Shown here in pieces: positions 23,311 to 32,070 of a stretch of 32,070 bases of DNA. Made by a program: the position numbers and the translations under genes. The DNA comes from Catajapyx aquilonaris (Eukaryota), in assembly GCA_000934665.2 (NCBI GenBank), contig JYFJ02004448.1, positions 1 to 32,070 of the forward strand, in the 5' to 3' direction. Under the pieces are notes generated by a model, which saw nothing but the letters and a program-made list of their open reading frames with translations, was not told the origin of the DNA and ran no database searches. Numbering within the stretch: the stretch's first letter is position 1; the number at the start of each line of letters is the position of its first letter.

Positions 23311-25298
23311 TGACAAGAACAGGTTACAAACAACAATCAAGTTCATTTCTTAATCTAGTGGGCCAATGCAATGCAGGTTTTGTAATCCCTGTCCCAATTG
23401 ACCATCACCCTGACCTCATAATGTGCTGTTTTTATGCTTTTCATGCCTTGTCAAACTGAAAATGAAAAAAAGAGGCCACAACTATAGTCTTATTTGATCA
23501 GAAGTTTACTGGATATCAAGATCAATTTTTGCAAAATTTTAGTACCAGGGTAGCATTTAAAATTTAATTTAAAAATTGTCTTCAAGATTTAAGCATGATT
23601 ATCGATTGCCGCCTGAAACAGAATTATGACCACTGTATGTATCGTGGAGTCACCTCAAGGTGTGTACAGGGTGATCAAAATGTTAAAGTGGTGAACAGTG
23701 TAATAGACAATGTGAGTTGACGAGGAAAACATAGTGTGGAGGTAACATTTACTGGTCACCAATGAAAATTCAATGAAAATTATGGCATATGATAATGAAG
23801 ATTTCTTTTAAAATTCCATGATTATGAATATGCAATGAAGTTCATATCAAGAATGTGGTATTCTGAGATGCCCCACCATCAATCATTTTTAAAACCTACA
23901 AGCATATACCGTACACAGCCTTTTCAGTGCACAACAAGTAGCTGTTGGGTGCTGCTGCGCAAAGTGCCGCTGCCAGCCGCTGCTTTCAGAGTTTCAGACC
24001 TTGCTTCTACAAGTCATTTCCCTACAACTTTCCACAATTTGATCTCCGAAAAACACTCCGTGTAAGTGGCCCTTAAAAATTGTCAATTAATCTAGCAAAA
24101 TAATGTCATTGCTCAATATGCAGTATCAACTTATAGCTACATAAAAAAGATGGAATATCACTGTATATTTAAAAACAATGTTTTGACACCCCAAGACCTA
24201 CAGACAAGTCACTCTACACAAATTGGCACATAATAAGTGAAAGACATTACTAGTCCAATTTCAGTGGGTTTGAAATGCTGACACCACTTAGTAGTATTTT
24301 TAGTGCCTTTACTGCCTGAATAAGTCCATTTAGTCCTACACTGGCATGCTGCAGAGTGCAGAGTACTATAATACGCATTAGCACAGCATCATGCACAGCA
24401 TGGACCTCCATTACTGTTGGCAACCCTGGCTTCAAAATGGCGGCCTCCGGTAGAACATAACCTTGACACACTGACCGTGAGTTTAGCAGCCAGTGAGATT
24501 CATGGCAAAGCTGCGAATTGGGTGGGTGGGTGGGTGGGTGGGTACGGATGGGCCTTACACCCTCCATAGATCGTTGTGAACGGGGCAGAAAGGGACTGTT
24601 GCTTCGTACAAAAATTGTCAGTAGCAAGGTTCTTATTGGAATAACCTTGCACCTCACCTTGCACCTTCTTGTTGAAAATAATGTATTGTGTCAGTAGTAG
24701 ACGCTGACCATTTCGAAACTGATTAGCTCTTTTTTTTTAACGAAGTGTTGTAATGTCTGTTACATCTCGTATGGCACATTTGTAACTAACTGTAAGTGAT
24801 CATTGGGGATGTGGTAGTAATGTGATGGATCTGTAGGGAATACGAACTCCCCCAGACCGAATAGTACTGTACCACATATGCCAGGTTGGTAGAGGCCAAG
24901 GTTATCTGGGATAGGGGAGGGTAAGAGGGAAATGGAGAGTTTTGTAACATGGGAGGAAATTGGAGAACTCCTACAAAACTAGGGAGAACACAGTGAACCT
25001 CTCTAACCACTGATCCAGGGTATTCACAGAGGATTAATACGAGCATGTAGCTTGTTCTGGAATCAGTCACATAACATTTACGCACATGAATTTTGTAAAG
25101 ACTCGTCAAAATCCTCTACTGGGAAAGTTGGGTCTGTGATTCCCAAAATTTTCATGCTGTGTGAAAAATAAGTAAAATTAAACCATAATAAATCCTAACC
25201 TTTTATACTTATTGAAGACAACAACATTAGGCTAATATTATTGTTTACAGAGCAAGTACCTGACAAAATTGATCTCAGAAACCTTTTTGCATGCTCAT

Positions 25299-25648
25299 AA
25301 TAATTATTATAATAATAATTGTGGGTAATGCTTTCACCCCCAAGCGGGGGTATATCGCATGAACCTTTATTTATTTATTTCTTCAATTTTCTCAACTTCG
25401 GTGCAAGGAATCAAGGATATTGGGTAAGGATAGGGATTTTCGGGGAGGGGACACGAGTGCAAGTGCAATGTCGTTAAACGGGTCATGTGCAGTCCCCCAG
25501 GAGGTTAGGTTGCCAGACACCTCCTTGGTGCAGGTCAGCGACCCTCCTGACGCAGGTGAAAGGAAAGTTCCCCAGGCGGGGATCGAACCTGGGGCCTTTC
25601 ACACAGCAAGCCGAGACGTTACCATCTCTGCCACCACACCTCCCCCCT
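25299..25648 (-). mobile_element. tRNA-derived SINE (~350 bp), second family
   Basis: Minus strand shows an A box TGGCAGAGATGG, a B box GGTTCGATCCC and an (ATT)n-like tail. A perfect 16-bp TSD CTTTTTGCATGCTCAT lies at 25283-25298 and 25649-25664. Confidence 0.88.
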
Positions 25649-25874
25649 CTTTTTGCATGCTCATCTGTTACCAACAGATTTTGTATTGTGTTGTACTCAA
25701 ATTATTATTAATCCTTGCAATACTATACATATCACTAAGATAGCTTATGTATTTTCAGAGGTTGTGAGATTGTAGACAACTCACAGATCCAGGAACATGC
25801 AGGGGCCAATTTATTCAAGGCTGAATGCCAGACTACTTGTTAGTTGAAAACTGAGAGAATTTCCACTCACCACT

Positions 25875-28832
25875 ATGGATATGTGGCAGAAGTCAGTGTG
25901 CGAAGGGGAAGTGGAGGCACCCACTCCTGCCGCCATTCCACCAGCAAAACCGAAGAATGGCAGGAGCCACTACTTGGGCCTGACCTGTGCTGTCCTCTCA
26001 AGCCTCCTCTTCTCTATCTCTTCAGCCATGGTCAAGCATCTACGTCACATCAGCCCATTCCAGTTGACAGCGTTCCGCTTCATAGGTGTCCTGCTCCCTT
26101 CTCTTCCCATCCTGATTTGTAAGGCCACAAAGCCCACTTCTCAGTACCTCTTTCCAGAAGGTGCAAGAGTTCTGCTGATTGCCCGAGCTGTTGCAGGATC
26201 CATCAGCATGATGCTAAAGTACTATGCCTTCCAGCATATGCCATTAGGGGATGCTTCAGTCATCATGTTCAGTGTACCTGTATTTGTGGCCATCCTTGCC
26301 AGGATATTCCTCAAGGAGATGTTTGGCATTGTCAATGTTGCCTGCATATTCCTCACCACTGCAGGATTGATGTTCATTGCCAGGCCAGACACATTATTCA
26401 CAGCAGAGGTATGGATAGGAATAAGCTCTCAAACTGTAGCCTAATACAAAATGCAGATGCTTATTTTTAATTCAGTGGCTGTTGAATAGGGCAGTGGACT
26501 TAACATTTTAGATTCCTAGCACTTTCCAGAAGTAATGAAGTCCAAGTAAAGTAGTGGGTAATTCCACCGTAACTGATGCAACACCTGGAAAGGGATTCAT
26601 GATTAAACTTATTGCCATATTTTTAGAATTTTGCAACAGTAACTTGAATGGACTCTGTAAAATTAACTGACGCAACATGAAAAAGACAAGCTCTTTGNCA
26701 AGCTCTTTGGGGGGGGGGGGGGGTACTGTGGTGATGTGAAACCCTGTGTGAGCTGAATATATTTAGAAGTACTACTGTATTACAATTGAAGACCTCAGGA
26801 GAAAAGTGATCAAGGTCCACCTGAGGTGAAACTGAGATAATCACATTTTAAATTTCGAAGGCCCGTAAGGTTTCATTGTAAATCCCACTTTCAGGGCCTT
26901 CCATAGTGACCTATGATCATTATTCCACAACCACAACCAAACCATCATATTCTACACTAGGGAGAGTATCTTCGGAGATATGTAACTCATTTTTGACAAA
27001 AAAGTGGACCTTCATCTTTCTTCCCCCGAGGTCTTCAATTGATGTGATCTACACTCGAGGAGCAATTTTGTGATTATTTTAGACCACGCATATTAATGTT
27101 CATGTTTTAAGGAGAAATTTGTATTAACGTAACTGATGCAACAAACAGTCAAAAGTCGCGTCAGTTACGACTATTATATCTTGACTTTTCCATGGTTCTG
27201 CTGCTATCTGGTAGCAGAACATTGCTACACCTACTTCATCTGACATAACGACATAACGATCTGCTTTCAATAAGTCATCTACCACCCCACAATACGCGAC
27301 TTCATTTTTGGATCATGTCTCTGTTCCCGTGGAATTACCCTAGTAAGAACAGTTGAGGAAGTGCAATGCTGGATGCTTCTGATGACAATTTATGAATGTG
27401 CTTTTTGTTTTGATATCTTGTTTGTATTAGCTTGATTCTTAGGGAATCCTCCTTCAAAACGTCCGTATTAAGATAATTATTTTCATATTCGGATCCAGTT
27501 CCAAGAAGAAATTGAAGATCAATATTAAATGGTAGATGATTACATTACAAGATCCATTACCAAATAAAGAATTCTACTAGTAAAGTAGGGAATCGTATGA
27601 TTCTTCCTTTGCTGAATACATGAAGATTCTTAGTGAAAAAGCTGTTTGGCAGCATCAATTTAAAATATGACAAGAGGCATAGTGGGAGCTGAGATGCAGA
27701 CATGCAAACAAGAGCATTGCCCTCTTAGGAGACAACACCATTTACACATCAATAATAAGAAACTGTAGCTTTTCATGCTGATTCTCCCAATATGAACAAA
27801 AGCTTTCATCTAGGCTCTAGGGTCTAGGGAGTGTCAAATATCAACTGCATGTATTGCACGAGTCATTTCAGTTAATATTTCTGCTCCTTTGAATAGCTCC
27901 CTCTGACCATTTTCATATAAAAATGTGCAGGTTGCAATATTTCAATCCTTATTTATCTCACATCCCACACACCCACCCACCCACACACACTACCTCTTTT
28001 GTCATTCTATATTTTATCTTGTCTAATTGACTCGTATGTAGGCCTACTATATCACTCAAAAAAATGGAGACAATTCAGCATTAGGTTTCAATTCAAAATC
28101 GTCTTCATCTTTTTGAGCGATATAGTATCTTTTCACCAAAAATTTTGATCTGTCCAGCAAATCTGGCATCCAACCTATATTCATTCTCCATTTTTGTCGA
28201 ATCTCTTCATGATAGACGACTTCCTGAAGTGTGCACATACTGACATATCAAAAATTTATTTGTGGTTTAGATGTTTTTAAATGCAAGAAGCCAAGTTTTA
28301 ATAAAATATCTTACATTTATTTGGACCAATCCCCTAGTCAAGTGGAAGGACTGCTGATTGGGGTGGCATCATTGCTGCCATCCTAGGCACACTCCTAGCT
28401 GCTGTCATCTACATCTTGCTCAGGAAACTTAAAGGAGTCGATCCTGAAGTGATCCTTCTCCACCTGGCTAGTGTCGCTCTTGTAATCACCAACACAACAG
28501 CAGTGGTGGAAGGCCATCTCTGCATGCCTGCTTGTGGTTGGGAGCGACTGATGGTTGCAGCCATAGGTGTGCTAAGCTTTGGGGGCCAATACTCACTTAC
28601 CCTCGCCCTGAAGCTGGAGGAGGCAGGACCTGTGTCCATTGCACGGACATCAGACATTGCCTTTGCCTTCGCTTGGCAGTGGCTCATATTTGGGGAGTTG
28701 CCCACTGTGTGGAGTCTTGTAGGAGCCACACTGGTTATCTCTTCTGTTCTGGCTGTTGGCCTCAGAAAGTGGGTCATGGGGCTTTCCCCACATTCTCATA
28801 TTAGGCGCAAGTTGAACTGGCTTACAAAGTGA
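25875..28832 (+). CDS. SLC35G1: SLC35G1-like EamA/DMT transporter, copy 4, two coding exons (~342 aa)
   Basis: Exons 25875-26408 and 28338-28832, joined by a phase-0 GT-AG intron (...ARPDTLFTAE|SSGRTADWGGIIAAILGTLL...). Motifs MPLGDASVIMFSVPVFVAILARIFLKE, EEAGPVSIARTSDIAFAFAWQ and RRKLNWLTK*. Confidence 0.87.
26556..27340. mobile_element. Non-autonomous DNA transposon with 4-bp TSD (Sola2-like termini) in the intron of copy 4
   Basis: Perfect 12-bp TIR GGGTAATTCCAC (26556-26567) / GTGGAATTACCC (27329-27340), with TAGT on both flanks. The motif (CG)TAACTGAYGC recurs at ~26568, ~26664 and ~27128, and inverted at ~27155. GRG termini with a 4-bp TSD fit Sola2; the classification is an inference. 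Confidence 0.7.
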
Positions 28833-29031
28833 CCTGTAATGTAACAATTCAGTTGTAAAAACACTTTGTGACAACATTATGAATACTTTAACTTGACATT
28901 TGATGCAGACTGCCCTAAAATATACTCTAATTCACAGTATAAACTCAATTAAGTGCATCATGATAGAAACATGCAGCTTATCATGAATACTATGGATCCT
29001 AATTGACCTGTCAGTCAAGTACTGTCAGTAA

Positions 29032-29287
29032 GAGGCGCTCAGAGGAAAAACGGCATATCCCAACCGGAGTTGATTTTGAGATAAGCGGCTTTTTGTGTTG
29101 CAAGAGAATACGGTTTTCCATTGCGGACCAATTTTACAAGTGGAATATGTGAGCTTTGGCCTATTCCCAATTCATTTGGAACTTCAGCACATGAAAGGTA
29201 GATGGCAAGAGAGTACAAATGCACTACAATGTACAATCTCAAAATCGGAGGTCAGTTGGGATATGCCGTTTTTCCTCTAAGCACCTC
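29032..29287. mobile_element. MITE (256 bp) with GAG...CTC termini
   Basis: GAGGCGCTCAGAGGAAAAACGGCATATCCCAAC...GATTTTGAGAT is inverted against ATCTCAAAATC...GTTGGGATATGCCGTTTTTCCTCTAAGCACCTC. No TSD is evident. Confidence 0.78.
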
Positions 29288-30095
29288 ATTTTAAAGTTGT
29301 GCTGCAACACAATTATTTTTATAGACTTGAGATAAATGTTTAAATTAATGTTGGTTTATGTTATGGTCCTCAACGATTGGTTTTTTTCAATCGTTGGATG
29401 AACAGTTAATGTATGTGTTTGTACATATTGAGAGGTAAATATTGTCATGTTAATCACAATTCCAACTATCTTCTGATTGGTTTCAATGATTCTGTATGAC
29501 CAATCATTGTATGGTTGCTAAATGTTGATACTATAAACAAATACCTATACATTGTTGCACCCAAGTGCAGGAAAAAACATAATGGTTGCCTTTATCGTTC
29601 ATGAAACAACTACAGTTGCCAGTTAGGTGAGTAGAATCCTGCTAGGCAAGTTTCATTGTTCAATCTCCTTTAAGCAATCCCTCCGTATAGATTAAAATGA
29701 AGTTTATTCATTAGTGGAATATCTGTGATATATAGAATCAGTAGGAATAAGTGCACATAGCATTATTTGTGGAATGTTAATTGGTGTGAGTCACCTCAAA
29801 TCCTGTGGTGTAACATCCATGTCAAACTTAATTCAAATGTGCTGATATATAGTTTCAGAAAAGTATATGTCCAAGTCTGAAGTGTACTACTAATGTATAA
29901 TTGGACAACAGAAACAGGGTATAAAGTGAAAATATGAGAATAAACTACTATTTAATTAAAATTAATCTCCTAAAAATGTTGATAACCCTCATCCTGCAGT
30001 TTCTCATCTCAACAAAGGAGTCAGACACGAGTTGATGTTCAGGCTATGAGCTTGATACAAGAAGTGAATTACTGCACCTACAACTTACGCTTACC

Positions 30096-31244
30096 ATGCA
30101 CAAAATTATGGCACTTGGTTGCCATACAACCAATGATGGGGAGCAAAATTCAACCGAGTCTTCCTACACATCCGTCCACAGTTGCACTGAGCCAACAGAA
30201 ACAGAGGGATACCTTGCCCCTGATTATGAACTGCAATCTGTATCAACAGTGTCTACCTTGGAATCCTCAATCAGCACACCACCTTTAAAGCATGGGAAGA
30301 ACAGAAGGCTCGGACTTGCATGTGCCCTTGTATCAGCCTTCCTCTTCTCCATAACATCATTACTTGTCAAGATGTTGGGGCATATCTGCCCATTCCAGCT
30401 TACAACCATGCGCTTTGTGGGAATTGTTCTACCCATCCTCCCAATTCTGAGCTGCACCATCAAGAGTAAGGGCCTTAAAAAGTACCTATTTCCTCAAAAA
30501 ATGCTGCCATTCCTGTTTATCCGTGCCTTAATAGGTAGCATTGCCATGATGCTCAGATATTATGCCATCCAAAAGCTACCACTGTCAGATGTATCTGTTA
30601 TACTGTTCAGTGCACCAATATTTGTGGCCCTTTTTGCCAGGATTTTTTTGAATGAGATGTGTGGAGTGATCCTGACAGCCAGTGTTGCTCTCACCACAGC
30701 GGGACTGGTTATAATTGTGAGGTCCACACTTCTGAATGCCTCAGATGCAGATCCCTTGGACTGGACTGGACTTGTGGCTGCATTCCTAAGCACCCTGTTG
30801 GGTTCTGGGTTATTTGCAGTGCTGAGAAAGCTCCAAAATGTACCAGTGGTGGTGGTCTTCTTCCACTTTGGTGTCATTGCACTAATTGTCACTGGTTCAA
30901 CAACTCTTGTGGTACAAGACTGCCTTTGCATGCCCATGTGCTGGGATGACCGTTTGCTAGTTCTGAGCATAAGTCTGTCTGGATTTGGAGGACAAGCCCT
31001 CCTTATAATGTCTTTGAAATTGAAAAAATCTGGCCCAGTATCTATACTGCTCACTACAGATGTCATTTTTGCTTTCATGTGGCAGCACTTATTCTTTAAA
31101 GACAACACCCCCATTACCACATCTTCTATTGTGGGAGCTGTTCTAGTCATACTCTCAGGGGTGTTGATTGGTTTGCAGAAATGGGTGCTTGCACTGCCTG
31201 TAGAATCACTTACACGTAAAAGATTCAGCTGGCTCCTTGAGTAA
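30096..31244 (+). CDS. SLC35G1: SLC35G1-like EamA/DMT transporter, copy 5, intronless CDS (382 aa)
   Basis: Motifs LGLACALVSAFLFSITSLLVK, LPLSDVSVILFSAPIFVALFARIFLNE, CMPMCWDDRL, KKSGPVSILLTTDVIFAFMWQ and RKRFSWLLE*. A candidate acceptor (ctcatcctgcag, 29999) lies upstream. Confidence 0.9.
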   Translation: MHKIMALGCHTTNDGEQNSTESSYTSVHSCTEPTETEGYLAPDYELQSVSTVSTLESSISTPPLKHGKNRRLGLACALVSAFLFSITSLLVKMLGHICPFQLTTMRFVGIVLPILPILSCTIKSKGLKKYLFPQKMLPFLFIRALIGSIAMMLRYYAIQKLPLSDVSVILFSAPIFVALFARIFLNEMCGVILTASVALTTAGLVIIVRSTLLNASDADPLDWTGLVAAFLSTLLGSGLFAVLRKLQNVPVVVVFFHFGVIALIVTGSTTLVVQDCLCMPMCWDDRLLVLSISLSGFGGQALLIMSLKLKKSGPVSILLTTDVIFAFMWQHLFFKDNTPITTSSIVGAVLVILSGVLIGLQKWVLALPVESLTRKRFSWLLE

Positions 31245-32070
31245 CCATATATATGTGTGTAAAGGACCTGTAAATCACCAGGTATCACCTTCACATCTCT
31301 ATGTCACATTCTAAAAATTATGCTTTTGGGAATCCAATAAATGTACATCAGTGATTTCCTTGTCACTTTCTTCTTGAATCTCTTTGCAATTGCATTGTCA
31401 AACCAGGCAAGTGACAACATTAAAATTTTTAACGTGCAGATTTATGTGGTTAACAGCTAAAGTTTCATCAAATGAAAAAAGCTCAATTTAAAATGAATCG
31501 GTCATTTTGAAAAGGTGTCATATCCTCTGGAGATGCGCTGGAGATGACCCCTTTTCCAAATGACCGATTCAAATATTTTCTTATGGTGGGGAACACTATA
31601 AAACAAATGAGGCTGGAACGTGTATATTATTAATTGCTGGTTAGTTTTCTCAGCAATTAATAAAAAGTGCAATTCGACAGAATTTGTTTCATGGAGTCCA
31701 GTGATCCCTGCCGTAAGCATGGTTAACGTGTTCCTCCTTCATAAATGCATTTGAACAGGATTTGACCCGCTCAGGTTGGTTGCTATAAAATGACAATGTA
31801 AACAAACCAGCTAAATATTGTTGTCCATGCAGTCTGTGACAGAAGAGGCTGGTTAACTGATAGTTTCCACTAAGCCATTAAACCACATTAAACCTGGACT
31901 GTTTCTCTGACAGTACATGACAGTGAGTAATGCATGGTTTTAATCAATTAATGTAAATTGCAATGTTATTCATGATATTTTGTTGCTTACTAGAACCCAA
32001 AATATCCTGATTCATTTTGTCAAAACAAGTTCCCGACAACACACTGGAATGAATGCACTTGTTGCAAGCA

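Noticed and set aside
22697..24072. Possible PIF/Harbinger-like element (TTA|GGGCCAC...GTGGCCC|TTA)
   Set aside because: Only 11/15 terminal identity and no internal support. The right end may be real, but the pairing could be chance.
25570..25645. tRNA-like A/B boxes here and at ~15020-15090
   Set aside because: No convincing cloverleaf. Both sit inside TSD-flanked elements with simple-repeat tails, so they are SINE heads, not tRNA genes.
26687..26723. Direct repeat CAAGCTCTTTG-N-CAAGCTCTTTG followed by poly-G
   Set aside because: Duplication around an N is typical of a contig join, so this is likely an assembly artefact.
30560..31294. 244-aa antisense ORF, and similar antisense or alternate-frame ORFs over the other SLC35G and EcKL exons
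   Set aside because: These are shadow ORFs of real coding sequence with no recognisable domain.

Overview
Eukaryotic, AT-rich genomic DNA with GT-AG introns, tRNA-derived SINEs, MITEs and a Helitron-like element. The gene content points to an arthropod, probably an insect (inference). The window holds five tandem + strand SLC35G1-like EamA/DMT-fold transporter genes (3463-4620, ~7784-8875, 11207-15912, 25875-28832, 30096-31244). Two minus-strand ecdysteroid-kinase-like genes (EcKL, choline/aminoglycoside-kinase fold; 17689-19476 and 20455-22310) sit between copies 3 and 4. The transporter paralogs differ in coding-intron number (0, 0, 3, 1, 0), N-terminal tails (copy 3 has a 54-aa tandem duplication) and membrane-embedded charged residues. 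Each copy has upstream AUGs in the same relative frame. The leading hypothesis is a small-molecule kinase plus transporter cluster, which is unproven. Exon boundaries were derived by hand from homology, frame and splice consensus. No database searches were run.
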